DNA of 64,000 bases from Candidatus Harrisonbacteria bacterium (GCA_023245035.1 JAHFLD010000001.1:196002-260001); one strand, 5' to 3'; shown: positions 38,790 to 48,946, counted from the first letter of the stretch. Notes: generated by a model from the letters alone, not told the origin. A program made the numbers and translations.

Positions 38790-40070
38790 ATGGGATCCGC
38801 GAAAAAAAAGGCCAATATCATCAAAGCTCCCGAAGGGATGTACGACATTCTTCCGTCGGAGTACATGATGTGGGATCGAATGCGCAAAGTTGTTCGGGAT
38901 TTCGCTGACTTCTACAATTTTTTTCGCATCGAAACATCGCTGATCGAGCGGGAAGAGCTCATGACACGATCTTTTGCGGTTGATGACGAGATGCGGGATC
39001 GGTCTTTTGTAATTCAAAAAGGCGGTGAACGCTTCGTTGTCCGCCGGGATCCGGCGCTTTCGGTTATTCGGGCCTATGTGGAGCACGGATTAAATTCCGC
39101 CAACCAGGCATTCAAAGTGTTTTACGAGGGCCAGATCTTCGATAAAAACGGTTTTAGCGATGCTCCTGAATTTCGGGAGGCTCATTGCGCCGGCTTTGAA
39201 GTTATTGACGGCGAATCCGATCCGGTTTACGACGCCCAAATTATTCTGACTCTCTGTCGGATACTGGAGGAACTGAAGGTAACGGGGATTACTATTGGAT
39301 TAAATACCTTATGCTGTCGCCACTGCCGCATGGGCTATCGCAAGCAAATCAACGAATACATCAAAGGCAAAAAAAACGATCTCTGCGCGCAGTGCGAGAA
39401 GCACTTGACCGGAAAAATAGAAAAGATTCTCATCTGTGAAAACGAAAAAGACAAGTTGGTGCGTGATAGTTATCCGGCCTCCGTGGATTACCTCTGCACC
39501 TATTGTCGGAGCGGTTTCAAAATAGTGTTTGAATATCTGGAAGAGCTTGGGCTGCAATACGCGCTTTCTCCGCGTCTCTCAAGCGATTGCGGATATACCA
39601 CCGGAACCTTGTTCGAAATCTACGGAGCCGACTTGCCGTATCCGCTCGCGAGCGGCGGTCGGCATGATTATCTGGTGGAATCCGTTGGCGGCAAGAATAC
39701 TCCGGCGGTTGGCGGCCTGATCTATCTCGATCGAGTCGCTCGCTGGCTTAAGGCTAAAGGGGTGACCATCGCTCCTCACCGAGCCAAACCAAAAACATTT
39801 TTGATTCACATTGGAGCTCTGGCTCGCAAAAAAGCCCTCGGACTCATTGAGCAATTACGCGAGTCCAATATTAGCGTCTGGGAATCTTTGGGTCGGGACG
39901 CGCTCGATGTTCAGCTTAAACTGGCGGCCAAAATGGAATCGCCGCTGGCTCTGATTTTCGGACAAAAAGAAGCTTTTGAAGACAGTATTATTGTGCGGGA
40001 TATGAAAAGCGGCATGCAGGAAACTGTTCCGCTAAAAAAAATAATTGAGGCCATCAAGAAAAGGCTGTGA
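38790..40070 (+). CDS. HisRS-like protein with degenerate catalytic motifs
   Basis: HisRS layout is retained (PEGMYDILP, DAQII, GGRHDYL, TPAVG, anticodon-binding domain), but LRPEGT, motif 2 and RGLDYY are replaced. Confidence 0.8.
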   Translation: MGSAKKKANIIKAPEGMYDILPSEYMMWDRMRKVVRDFADFYNFFRIETSLIEREELMTRSFAVDDEMRDRSFVIQKGGERFVVRRDPALSVIRAYVEHGLNSANQAFKVFYEGQIFDKNGFSDAPEFREAHCAGFEVIDGESDPVYDAQIILTLCRILEELKVTGITIGLNTLCCRHCRMGYRKQINEYIKGKKNDLCAQCEKHLTGKIEKILICENEKDKLVRDSYPASVDYLCTYCRSGFKIVFEYLEELGLQYALSPRLSSDCGYTTGTLFEIYGADLPYPLASGGRHDYLVESVGGKNTPAVGGLIYLDRVARWLKAKGVTIAPHRAKPKTFLIHIGALARKKALGLIEQLRESNISVWESLGRDALDVQLKLAAKMESPLALIFGQKEAFEDSIIVRDMKSGMQETVPLKKIIEAIKKRL

Positions 40071-40217
40071 TTAAAATCGCCGAATCCCGTATTTTTTCTG
40101 GGATTGCTAAAAAACGAACTTCCAGCCCCGCCTCGCTCTAAATTGGGTGATCTAAAAAAATGGATCCTTGCCTCTAGACAAACAATAAGGAAAAAAGTTA
40201 GAATAAACGACCAATCT

Positions 40218-40433
40218 ATGGGTATAGAAATACGCAAAAAAGAAGGGGAGTCGGTCAACGCGCTCATCTACCGCTTTACCAAAAAAACCCAACAAAGCGG
40301 TATTTTACGCGAATCAAAGAAGCGCTTTTATCATAAGCGAGAGGTAAGTCGCGTCAAACGAAAGGCTTCAGCCTTGCACCGAGCCAAGAAACGCGAAGAG
40401 TTTACTCGCGCCAGGAAGAACGGACTTGTATGA
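40218..40433 (+). CDS. rpsU: 30S ribosomal protein S21
   Basis: MGIEIRKKEGESVNALIYRF...SGIL, in typical position before yqeY. Confidence 0.8.
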   Translation: MGIEIRKKEGESVNALIYRFTKKTQQSGILRESKKRFYHKREVSRVKRKASALHRAKKREEFTRARKNGLV

Positions 40434-40882
40434 ACACTCTCCAAGCCTTAACCGCCGATCTAAAAGAGGCCATGAAGGCTAAACGCGAAGGTGATTTGCA
40501 AACCGCGCGTCTTCTGATTTCCGCCATTAGAAATCGCGAAATTCAGAAAAGAACCGATGGCGGAACCTCGGAGCTTACCGAGGAAGAAGTCGTCCAAGTC
40601 ATTCGCGCCGAAGCAAAAAAGCGCAAAGATTCCAGCGCTGTTTTTTCCGCGAATAATCGCGAAGACCTCGCCATGAAAGAGCTGACCGAATTAGCTTATA
40701 TCGAAAAATACCTGCCTCAATTGCTAAGTCGCGAAGCGACCGAAGAACGCGTTAAAAGCATCATCCAACAGACTAAGCCGGCCGATGTCGGTTCAGCCAT
40801 GAAAGAGGTAATGAAAGAGCTCAAAGGGAAAATAGACAACTCTCTTGCCGCCGAAATTATTAAGCGATTACTGCAAAAATAA
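40430..40882 (+). CDS. GatB/YqeY domain protein
   Basis: LKEAMKAK, KKRKDS and YLPQLLS. Confidence 0.9.
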   Translation: MNTLQALTADLKEAMKAKREGDLQTARLLISAIRNREIQKRTDGGTSELTEEEVVQVIRAEAKKRKDSSAVFSANNREDLAMKELTELAYIEKYLPQLLSREATEERVKSIIQQTKPADVGSAMKEVMKELKGKIDNSLAAEIIKRLLQK

Positions 40883-40906
40883 TTCTGTCGCCGCCAGAAA
40901 AGATTT

Positions 40907-41371
40907 TTGTGTCCAGAGATTATGGGAACTTTCCAAAAACGATCCAGATCGGTAAGTAATCGCGCTGTCGTAATCGCGCTCCAGAAAAAAATGTCGGCGC
41001 GTTTTCTTTCTGCTCTAAAAAAAGCCGCGGAGTTTGTCGCCAAAACCCAGGGCGCGAGCGGTGTTGAATTTGAAGTCTATCTGGTGGATAACGCGATTCT
41101 GCCCAAAAATGTCTTGGCCTATCCATGGCCCGCCGGTTTTCCGCGCCCAGAAACCGCCAATCAATTCATTGGAGAGATTTTTATCAACCCGCAATATATC
41201 CGCGCGGAGGGGCAAAGTGTTCTCTTTATGCTGGTCCACGGGTTTTTACATCTGCGGGGATATGACCACAAGAAAAAAAATGATACAATTGCCATGGAGA
41301 AGGAGGAACAGCGACTCCTTGAAGTAGTTAGTCGTCAAGCGCCCGCGAGCATCATCAAAACGCTCGCGTGA
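40907..41371 (+). CDS. ybeY: rRNA maturation RNase YbeY
   Basis: GEIFI and HGFLHLRGYDH. Confidence 0.85.
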   Translation: MCPEIMGTFQKRSRSVSNRAVVIALQKKMSARFLSALKKAAEFVAKTQGASGVEFEVYLVDNAILPKNVLAYPWPAGFPRPETANQFIGEIFINPQYIRAEGQSVLFMLVHGFLHLRGYDHKKKNDTIAMEKEEQRLLEVVSRQAPASIIKTLA

Positions 41372-42621
41372 TCGGCGCACCCGCCGCAATGCCATCTCAT
41401 CACATTCTTGGATTAGATATCGGTACTCATACCATCAAAGCCGCCGTCGCCGAAGTTAAAAAAGGCGGCGAGTTAAATCTTGTCTATCTCGCGAAATCAC
41501 CCTCGGCCGGCCTACGGCGCGGCGCGGTTCATGATATCACCGAAGCTACGCAAAAAATCGGCATCATCCTTTCGGAAATAAAAAAGAATTATAAAGACGC
41601 GCTGGATAACATTGTGCTTTCTGTCGGCACCGCGGATGTCAAAATCCAGCCATCAATCGGCGTGGTTGCGGTTTCTCGAGCCGACTACGAAATTTTTCAA
41701 GATGATATTCAGCGAGCCGTTCAAAGCTCTCAGGCCATCAACTTGCCGCCGAACCGCGTAGTCTTGCATCACCTAATCAGCGAATATATTGTTGACGGTG
41801 TTCGCGACATTCGTGACCCGCTTGGTATGATCGGCAACCGGCTTGAAGTCGGCAGCTTGATTATTGACGCCTTCGCGCCGATGGTAAAAAACCTTACCCG
41901 TTGCGTCGAAGTACTCGGAGGCAACCTAAATGGAATTATTTTGGGAACCATCGCCGCCGCGGAAGCCGTCGTTAGCCGCCGCCAAAAAGAGCTCGGAGTG
42001 GTAGTCGTGGATATCGGCTTCGGAACCACTGGTATGGTAGTTTACGAAGAGGGCAAGCTTCTTCATACCGCTATCTTGCCCTTTGGTTCTGGACACATCA
42101 CTAACGACTTGGCAATCGGCCTTAAGGCCCCGATTGAAGCCGCCGAAGCCATCAAGCTTTCCTTTGGTTCGGCCATCGCGAAAGAAGGCGGCAGTCGCGA
42201 TAGTATCGATGTGGCGAGAATTGATCCGCGCCTCAAAGGCCTTGTCTCCAAAAAGCTGGTTACCGAGATTATCGAGATGCGACTTGCGGAGATCTTCGAG
42301 TTTGTGAATAATGAGCTCAAAAGCATCGGTCGTGCCGGAAAGCTTCCCGCTGGCGTAGTGCTGGTTGGCGGCGGCGCCAAAATGCCTGGTATTGTGGAGC
42401 TGGCCAAGCAAGAACTGCGGCTTCCGGCCCAGGTTGGCATACCGGATGTTAGTAAGTTGAGTGTTTTGAACGGCGAGTTGGGGTTGCAGGTTGAAGACCC
42501 GGAATACGCCTCGGCAGTCGGCCTTCTCCTCTATAGCCGAGAAGCCAGTCCCTTGAGTCATCAGTTTAAGAGCGGTCTCGCGACTTTCTTCCGAAAAATA
42601 TTTAGATACCTTATCCCTTAA
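41368..42621 (+). CDS. ftsA: Cell division protein FtsA (start may be 41389)
   Basis: GLDIGT, VVDIGFGTT, HITNDLA and VLVGGGAKM. Confidence 0.95.
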   Translation: MIGAPAAMPSHHILGLDIGTHTIKAAVAEVKKGGELNLVYLAKSPSAGLRRGAVHDITEATQKIGIILSEIKKNYKDALDNIVLSVGTADVKIQPSIGVVAVSRADYEIFQDDIQRAVQSSQAINLPPNRVVLHHLISEYIVDGVRDIRDPLGMIGNRLEVGSLIIDAFAPMVKNLTRCVEVLGGNLNGIILGTIAAAEAVVSRRQKELGVVVVDIGFGTTGMVVYEEGKLLHTAILPFGSGHITNDLAIGLKAPIEAAEAIKLSFGSAIAKEGGSRDSIDVARIDPRLKGLVSKKLVTEIIEMRLAEIFEFVNNELKSIGRAGKLPAGVVLVGGGAKMPGIVELAKQELRLPAQVGIPDVSKLSVLNGELGLQVEDPEYASAVGLLLYSREASPLSHQFKSGLATFFRKIFRYLIP

Positions 42622-42633
42622 GCTTTTCCCGAC

Positions 42634-43884
42634 ATGATTAAAAAAAATATGACTACCATAGCGGCGAAAAGATCCGCGCCATCAAGTTACAATGCCAGAA
42701 TTAAAGTCGTCGGCATCGGCGGCGGGGGCGGACACGCCGTTTCCCGAATGTACGACAATCTAGGCGTTCGCGGCGTAGAGTTTATCGCTATCAATACCGA
42801 TATCCAGGATTTGGAATATTGCCAGGCTAAGAGAAAAATCCAAATCGGAAAGAATCTCACCCGCGGCTTGGGAGCCGGCATGAATCCCGAAATTGGACGG
42901 CAAGCCGCGGAAGAAAATCGTGCCGAGATCGCCGAAACTCTAAAAGGCGCCGATCTGGTTTTTTTGACCGCCGGTTTGGGCGGCGGCTCCGGCTCGGGCG
43001 GAATTTTAACCGTTGCCGACACCGCCAGAGAGAATGGCATTTTAACCGTTGCCGTTGTTACCAAGCCGTTTGCTTTTGAGGGAGCTCAGCGGGCCAAGAT
43101 TGCCCAAGAGGCTCTGGCCAAACTTAAAGATAAGGTGGACACCTTGATTGTGGTGCCAAACGACAAAATTTTTGACATCATAAAAAAAGACACTCCGCTA
43201 CTCAAAGCCTTTGAGCATATTGATGATGTTTTACGGAGCGCCGTTCAGGGTATCGCCGAACTCATTGCCATGCCCGGTATTGTTAACGTGGATTTCGCCG
43301 ACATTAAGGCCATTATGCAAAACTCCGGCCCGGCCCTGGTCGGCATTGGCATCGCAAGCGGCCAGGAGCGGGCCACGGCGGCCGCCAATCAGGCCATTCA
43401 CTCGCCCCTTCTCGAAATATCCGTCGACGGCGCCAAAGGCGTGCTCTTTGGCATCTCCGGCGGCCGCGATATGCGAATGACCGAGATTAACGAAATCGCC
43501 AAAAGCATCTCCCAAACCATTGACCCATCGGCCAAAATAATTTTTGGCGCCTATCATGACCGCAAACTTAAACCCGGGCAAATTAAAGTAGTTTTGATTG
43601 CCACCGGATTCGGAGCCCACTTTGGTCGGGATAACGAATCGGTCGCGCCGTCGCTCTTCAATCCGGAATCCAATTTTGGTCTAAGTAAAGCCGAATATTC
43701 TAACCCAATTAACGCGCCGCTCAAAGAGATGCCGGCCTCGTCTAAAGAGACTAAAGAAAAAAGCGAAAAGCCACTCAAGGAAGCCAAGGATGATAACAAA
43801 AAGACCGGAGCTCAAATCCCGCCTAAAAAAGACGACGACCTTTGGGACATACCGGCGTTTTTAAGAAAACGCCGTCGGGAATAA
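42634..43884 (+). CDS. ftsZ: Cell division protein FtsZ
   Basis: AINTD, GLGAG, GGGSGSG tubulin-signature variant, PFAFEG, NVDFAD and C-terminal DIPAFLR. Confidence 0.96.
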   Translation: MIKKNMTTIAAKRSAPSSYNARIKVVGIGGGGGHAVSRMYDNLGVRGVEFIAINTDIQDLEYCQAKRKIQIGKNLTRGLGAGMNPEIGRQAAEENRAEIAETLKGADLVFLTAGLGGGSGSGGILTVADTARENGILTVAVVTKPFAFEGAQRAKIAQEALAKLKDKVDTLIVVPNDKIFDIIKKDTPLLKAFEHIDDVLRSAVQGIAELIAMPGIVNVDFADIKAIMQNSGPALVGIGIASGQERATAAANQAIHSPLLEISVDGAKGVLFGISGGRDMRMTEINEIAKSISQTIDPSAKIIFGAYHDRKLKPGQIKVVLIATGFGAHFGRDNESVAPSLFNPESNFGLSKAEYSNPINAPLKEMPASSKETKEKSEKPLKEAKDDNKKTGAQIPPKKDDDLWDIPAFLRKRRRE

Positions 43885-43919
43885 ACAGACCCGCCGAACT
43901 TGCGCTAAAAAATCGGCCA

Positions 43920-44969
43920 CTAAGAATTGGCCTGAACCTGGCGTTGCTGATGCAGGCGATAAGTCTCCAAAAGCACCAGGAAGATTGCCGCGATCAGCGG
44001 TCCGTAGATAACTCCCAAAATTCCAAAGATTTTCAAGCCGCCGAGAATGGCAATAAAAATAAAAAGAGGATGGGCGTCTATTTTGTTGGCGATAATTTTT
44101 GGCCGGATGATGTTATCAATCGTGGAGACGATTAAAAAATTATAAAAGAAAAATCCCAAAGCGAGCGCCGGCGACTTGATGGTCAGCAAATAAATTGTTG
44201 CCGGAATATAGATGATATAAGGACCCAATAGCGGGATCAGGGAAAGAAAGGCCATAACGGCGCCCCATAGCACCGGAGTATCAAGACCAAAAATATAAAA
44301 ACCCAAACCGGCCAGTATTCCCTGTGCGAGTGCCGTCAGAAAGATGCCATAAAGAATCGCCTTGCCGGTTTCGCGAAACGTCCGAAACAAGTGAGCCCCC
44401 TCATTGTTTTTAAAAAGCTGTAGGTTGCTAAAAAACTTTCCGAATAAATCGCCGTCTCGAAGCAAATAGAAGATTGTAAACAGCATGATGAAAAAAGAAA
44501 CTAACAAGCTGAAAACTCCGGAAAGCAATGTGCCGGTCTTCTGATAAATCGAGAGGCTGAAGCTCTTAAGCCAAGGAGCCACTTGCTCCTGGATAAAATT
44601 CTCAACATTGACGTTAAGATTTAGTTTTTGTGAAGCAATCTCCAACTTGTTGGCCAGATTTTGATCCAGAGTTATGTCGTCCTTAGTACTTAAAAAAAGG
44701 TTAAACGCCTCGCTGCCCAAAAGCGTCGTTGTGCCGATAAATGGCAAAATAATGCCAACGACAATCACAAAAATCGTAACCAAAGCCGCCAGGTTTTTCT
44801 GGTCGCGGAAAAAAATGCGAAGCCGATTATAGAGCGGAAAGGTTAGCGTTGCGAGTAGTGCCCCCAAAATAACCGGAGCATGAAATCCGCTTATCAAAAG
44901 CAGAGTAAGTCCTAAGAAAACAATCAGCAACACAACTAGAATCCGTTCCGAGCCTTGAGGAGTCATCAA
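43920..44969 (-). CDS. AI-2E family (PerM) transporter
   Basis: YLLRDG, LIPLLG, DNIIRP and FGILGVIYGP. Confidence 0.88.
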   Translation of the reverse strand: MMTPQGSERILVVLLIVFLGLTLLLISGFHAPVILGALLATLTFPLYNRLRIFFRDQKNLAALVTIFVIVVGIILPFIGTTTLLGSEAFNLFLSTKDDITLDQNLANKLEIASQKLNLNVNVENFIQEQVAPWLKSFSLSIYQKTGTLLSGVFSLLVSFFIMLFTIFYLLRDGDLFGKFFSNLQLFKNNEGAHLFRTFRETGKAILYGIFLTALAQGILAGLGFYIFGLDTPVLWGAVMAFLSLIPLLGPYIIYIPATIYLLTIKSPALALGFFFYNFLIVSTIDNIIRPKIIANKIDAHPLFIFIAILGGLKIFGILGVIYGPLIAAIFLVLLETYRLHQQRQVQANS

Positions 44970-45111
44970 GCTAAAGTATAAAACATATCCAACTCACCGG
45001 CAACGCGAAACCCGGCGTCAAGGCAATTATTCAAAAACCTATCGCCAATAAACGCGCCACCAATCATAGCTACAACGAAGCAGAAGGCATTTTTGTTAGC
45101 TAAACCTCTGT

Positions 45112-45591
45112 CTAGTGCTGGATTTTGAGCAATTCAACGGTAAAGATGAGCGTCGCCGAAGGGGGAATTGGTCCTTGTCCGGAGGCTCCATATCCTAGAT
45201 CAGGCGGAATGGTCAGGGTTCGCTTGCCGCCAACTTTCATACCGATAAAACCCTGGTCCCAGCCCTTGATTACCTGACCGGCCCCAACGGTGAACTCAAA
45301 CGGCGTTCCCCGAGGAATTGAACTGTCAAAAACACTTCCATCAACCAGCTTGCCGGTATAGTGAACGGTCAGCTTGTCGCCGTTAACCACCGAATCGCCA
45401 GTCCCGACAACTTCATCCGTAATACCTAGTTTAGTTGGCATTGAGGAGTTTATATTAGCTTCTTGTGTTGAGTCTTTAGTTTCGACCTCGCTTACAGTCG
45501 CCGGAGTTTCGTTCTGGCCGCTTCTAAGAAAGGCCGTAACCAATAAAACCGCAACCACCGCCAAAATTGAATAAAAAATTTTTGAGCCCAT
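45112..45591 (-). CDS. FKBP-type peptidyl-prolyl isomerase
   Basis: [25 protein letters not shown] and IPPSATL. Confidence 0.95.
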   Translation of the reverse strand: MGSKIFYSILAVVAVLLVTAFLRSGQNETPATVSEVETKDSTQEANINSSMPTKLGITDEVVGTGDSVVNGDKLTVHYTGKLVDGSVFDSSIPRGTPFEFTVGAGQVIKGWDQGFIGMKVGGKRTLTIPPDLGYGASGQGPIPPSATLIFTVELLKIQH

Positions 45592-45635
45592 AGATAAACT
45601 TGATTATATCAAACAGTGGCGAACGCGCAAGTTGA

Positions 45636-46586
45636 TCAGTAAAAAATCGTCCTGGTTCTGTGATGCGGCATCGCCAAAGAAGTTTTTTGACTGGCCTGCC
45701 ACAAGAGCCAATCAATCTGATAGCTCATCAAAGCAACACCTCGTCTCCGAAGCTCGCGGCGCATATATTCCACCGCCCAAACAGTATTGGCGCGAATCTC
45801 AAGTTCAGATTTTGCCCCGGAGGGGATTAAGGTCTTGTTCGCCAATGACTGGCGAAGTCGCGGCGAATAAACCAAAATGCCCAGCGCTTCCAAAATCTGC
45901 GGAACCCGATAATCGGCGAACGCGGTAAGATAACTTAAATCTTGAAATTCTCCTATGCCGCGATAGCCAAAAGCGCCGGCAATATCGCCGGCCAGAATTT
46001 GGGCCCGCTTCCAAAAATAAATCTTTTTCCCCCGGTCGGTAATTTCATCGGCAAATGAGGGTAATCGCGCGATTTTGGGAACCAATCGAGCCAGCTTGCC
46101 TTGAGCCGAACTTATAAAACTCAAAATTCCACCTTGATCTATAATCGCTCGAGCAACGCTTCGCGCCGCTAGGTAGCGCTCCGACATCATTTGCAGTCGC
46201 CGTCCGCCCTGAAAAATCTTCCTAAAATCAGTCAACCGCATTTCGGCAAAAGTGCTTAAAGTAGCCCCGGGGTTTTTCTTAAAAAAAGCCTTAAGAGCCA
46301 GCGCCAAGGCGTAGTAGCCGGTATGCGATTTACCGCGATCCAAAAACTCCCAACGCCCTCCCGAACGCGCCCAAAAGCAAAAATTAAGCGTGTCGAGCAT
46401 CACCAAATAACTCAAACTTCGTTCCGGATTTTTTTTGTCAAAAAAATGCTTGGCAGTCTCCCATCTTGGTAGTCTTTTGCGCTGCCTAGCAAATCTATCC
46501 ACCCAATCCCGCAGAGCCGCTCGATCAATCTTCACCGAGCGGGATTTAAGCATGATTTTTTTGGTAGTCGTGAGAACCGGATTCAT
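45636..46586 (-). CDS. Queuosine salvage hydrolase (DUF2419/Qng1-like)
   Basis: DTLNFCFW, GYYAL, FWKRAQI, LTAFADYRVPQ, ELEIRA, IDWLLW and HHRTRTIFY. Confidence 0.88.
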   Translation of the reverse strand: MNPVLTTTKKIMLKSRSVKIDRAALRDWVDRFARQRKRLPRWETAKHFFDKKNPERSLSYLVMLDTLNFCFWARSGGRWEFLDRGKSHTGYYALALALKAFFKKNPGATLSTFAEMRLTDFRKIFQGGRRLQMMSERYLAARSVARAIIDQGGILSFISSAQGKLARLVPKIARLPSFADEITDRGKKIYFWKRAQILAGDIAGAFGYRGIGEFQDLSYLTAFADYRVPQILEALGILVYSPRLRQSLANKTLIPSGAKSELEIRANTVWAVEYMRRELRRRGVALMSYQIDWLLWQASQKTSLAMPHHRTRTIFY

Positions 46587-47734
46587 AAAGTTCCTCGCTT
46601 AATTCGCTCTCGCATGGTCGCCACAAAATGATTGAAATAAAAGAGATTATGCTGGGTTAAAAGTACCAGACCCGTAATTTCCTTGGCTCTAATCAGGTGG
46701 GCGATGTAGGTTCTGCGATATCCCAAACAGGTTGGGCATTGGCATCGCGAATCGAGCGGCTCCTGGTCTTTTAAAAAAAGAGACGAGCCCAGATTTAATC
46801 GCCCGGCGCTGGTAAAGGCAATGCCGCGGCGGGCATAGTGCGTCGGAATGGTGCAATCAAAGGTATCAACTCCGGAGGCAATAATTCGCGGAATATCATC
46901 CAGCGCCCCGATGCCCAAAAGATGCCTCGGCTTGGTCTCGGGAAGCAGTGGCAAGGTCCAATTTAAAATTTTTTGCATTGTCGCCTTGCTGCTGCCAAGA
47001 TCTCCGCCGATGCCGAAGCCGTCAAAACCAAGCCCGCCAATAAAACGGGCGCTCGCCTCCCGCAACGGCTTAAACCTAGAGCCCTGCACAATGCCGAACA
47101 GGGCTTGATTGCCTTGGCGCGCGCGGAGGGAAATTTTTGCCCAACGATGCGTGCGTGCCAAAGAAGTTTCAATGTAAGCCCGGGTGGCGGTCGGCGGCGT
47201 GCACTCATCAAAGGCGAACATAATATCCGCGCCAAGTTTTTCCTGGATGGCGATTGATTCTTGCGGTCCCATAAAAATTGTTCGGCCATCAAGCGGCGAT
47301 TTAAAGAAAACGCCGGCCTCCAGAATTCGCAAAGAGTTCGGTTGGCGGCCTTCGTTAACCGCCAATTTTCCCGCTCCGCGTCCGTCAAAATATTTTAATA
47401 TCTTGCCAAGGTTAAGATCTCGGCCAAAGCCCAAGCTAAAAATTTGAAAACCGCCCGAGTCGGTCATAAGCGGCCGCTTCCAGTTCATGAACTTGTGAAG
47501 TCCTTGGCTTTTGTTTACTACCGCCTCCCCCGGTTTTAGATGCAGATGAAAGGTATTGGCGATAGCAATTTGAGTACCGGTTTCAGCCAGCATTTCGCTG
47601 GTTAAGGTTTTCGCCACCGCTTGGGTCGCGACCGGTACCAAACTCGGAGTTTCCACCTCGCCATTTGGCGTGGTTATGATGCCAAGCCGCGCCCGACTCG
47701 CGCGTGAACGGCGAAGTATCTTGAAAGAAATCAT
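46583..47734 (-). CDS. tgt: tRNA-guanine transglycosylase
   Basis: NTFHL, TDSGGFQ, FDECT, GIVQG, HLLGIG, DTFDC and CQCPTC. Start at MISFK. Confidence 0.93.
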   Translation of the reverse strand: MISFKILRRSRASRARLGIITTPNGEVETPSLVPVATQAVAKTLTSEMLAETGTQIAIANTFHLHLKPGEAVVNKSQGLHKFMNWKRPLMTDSGGFQIFSLGFGRDLNLGKILKYFDGRGAGKLAVNEGRQPNSLRILEAGVFFKSPLDGRTIFMGPQESIAIQEKLGADIMFAFDECTPPTATRAYIETSLARTHRWAKISLRARQGNQALFGIVQGSRFKPLREASARFIGGLGFDGFGIGGDLGSSKATMQKILNWTLPLLPETKPRHLLGIGALDDIPRIIASGVDTFDCTIPTHYARRGIAFTSAGRLNLGSSLFLKDQEPLDSRCQCPTCLGYRRTYIAHLIRAKEITGLVLLTQHNLFYFNHFVATMRERIKRGTL

Positions 47735-47853
47735 AGTGTTGATATAAGAGTCACAATCTGTGAGCGGGGAAGGGGATAAAAAAAGCCCACTTTGGATATA
47801 ACCCAAGTGGACTTTTTTCGCAAATAAAATCCTATAACGACTCAAATCCGATC

Positions 47854-48099
47854 CTACAAAGTTTTAAGAGCGTCATCCACCTCTTTCAAATCAGCTTCTA
47901 TGTCTGGCAATCCCTGTTCGGCATCCTTGGAAAGCTTCTCCGGAGCATCATCCGGAGTTACTGCCGCCGGTTGTTCGTTGTTTACCGGAGTAGAAGCCGA
48001 TGGCTCCTGATTTTGTCCGGCATAAAAGAAGATCAAGCCCAAGGCCACCACCACAACCAACGCCCCGATAATAATTCCTTTCTGAGATTTTTGTTCCAT
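47854..48099 (-). CDS. Small membrane-anchored hypothetical protein
   Basis: N-terminal TM helix and acidic tail. Confidence 0.6.
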   Translation of the reverse strand: MEQKSQKGIIIGALVVVVALGLIFFYAGQNQEPSASTPVNNEQPAAVTPDDAPEKLSKDAEQGLPDIEADLKEVDDALKTL

Positions 48100-48113
48100 G
48101 GTTGGTAGTTGAA

Positions 48114-48857
48114 TTAGTTAATGGGAGCCGGTTGCTCGGAGGTCTCGGCGGGAGTCGCCTCAACGATTGCTTTAATCAGCGTTCGTACAGCCTCTCTAGC
48201 GGAAGCAACAGACTGATGAACCGCTACCAAATCCTTACGCAGGCCGGCAATAGCCGCCCCAAGCTGTTTCTTCGCGGTTGATTCGGTAAAAGTGGCGTCA
48301 TAAACCTTGGCAGATTGAGCTTCAATGGCCGTGTTGGCCGCCTCCACCGCTTGTACCGCCTTCTCACGAAGAGTCTTTAAAGAAGCGACGCTCGTGCCGC
48401 TGGCTTCTACTTTGGCGATTCTTGAATCGGCTCGTTCCAGAACCTTTTGCAGATTTAGGGTTGCCTCTTCAAATCGCTTGAGCAGATTTTGATTGATCTT
48501 GTTAAGATTATCGGCAATCTTCAAGCTCTTATCCGCCTTCATCTTGTCTTTAAAAGCCTCCACTCGGCCACGATTCATCTCCATCTTCTTATCAATTAGT
48601 TCTTGGGTTTTGAGCATCTTCTCTTCACGCGCTCGGCGCATGGCCGAAATCTTGTTGTCGTCCATCTTATTCTCCATCGCGTTTTCCTTCTTCTCCATCA
48701 CATCAGAGACGCTATCAGCTTTTCTCTCCCCCAAAACAGCCCGCTTCAAAATCGGGGTATTAATCTTCTTGCCCTCTTCGGCGTGGGCAAAGCCGGTCAT
48801 CGCTACCACAGAAAACACCGCCATTGCGGTCAAAAAAGCATTTTTCTTAGTCATCAT
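48114..48857 (-). CDS. Secreted coiled-coil protein
   Basis: Signal peptide ending AHA; long helical K/E/A-rich body. Confidence 0.7.
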   Translation of the reverse strand: MMTKKNAFLTAMAVFSVVAMTGFAHAEEGKKINTPILKRAVLGERKADSVSDVMEKKENAMENKMDDNKISAMRRAREEKMLKTQELIDKKMEMNRGRVEAFKDKMKADKSLKIADNLNKINQNLLKRFEEATLNLQKVLERADSRIAKVEASGTSVASLKTLREKAVQAVEAANTAIEAQSAKVYDATFTESTAKKQLGAAIAGLRKDLVAVHQSVASAREAVRTLIKAIVEATPAETSEQPAPIN

Positions 48858-48946
48858 ATGTTAATAATTAAACTTTTAAATCAACGACCCGACGCGTGCA
48901 TTATGGCACGCCACGGCAAAAAACACCAGACACAAGGTAAACGAAG

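Noticed and set aside
38790-40070. HisZ annotation
   Set aside because: It retains the anticodon-binding domain, sits at the usual hisS locus, and no his biosynthesis genes are nearby.
40104-40217. Long N-terminus of S21 from the ORF track
   Set aside because: S21-like sequence starts at ATG 40218.
43920-44969. AI-2E transporter as exporter for the putative signal
   Set aside because: The family is ubiquitous with varied substrates and lies 34 kb from the cluster, so there is no evidence of linkage.
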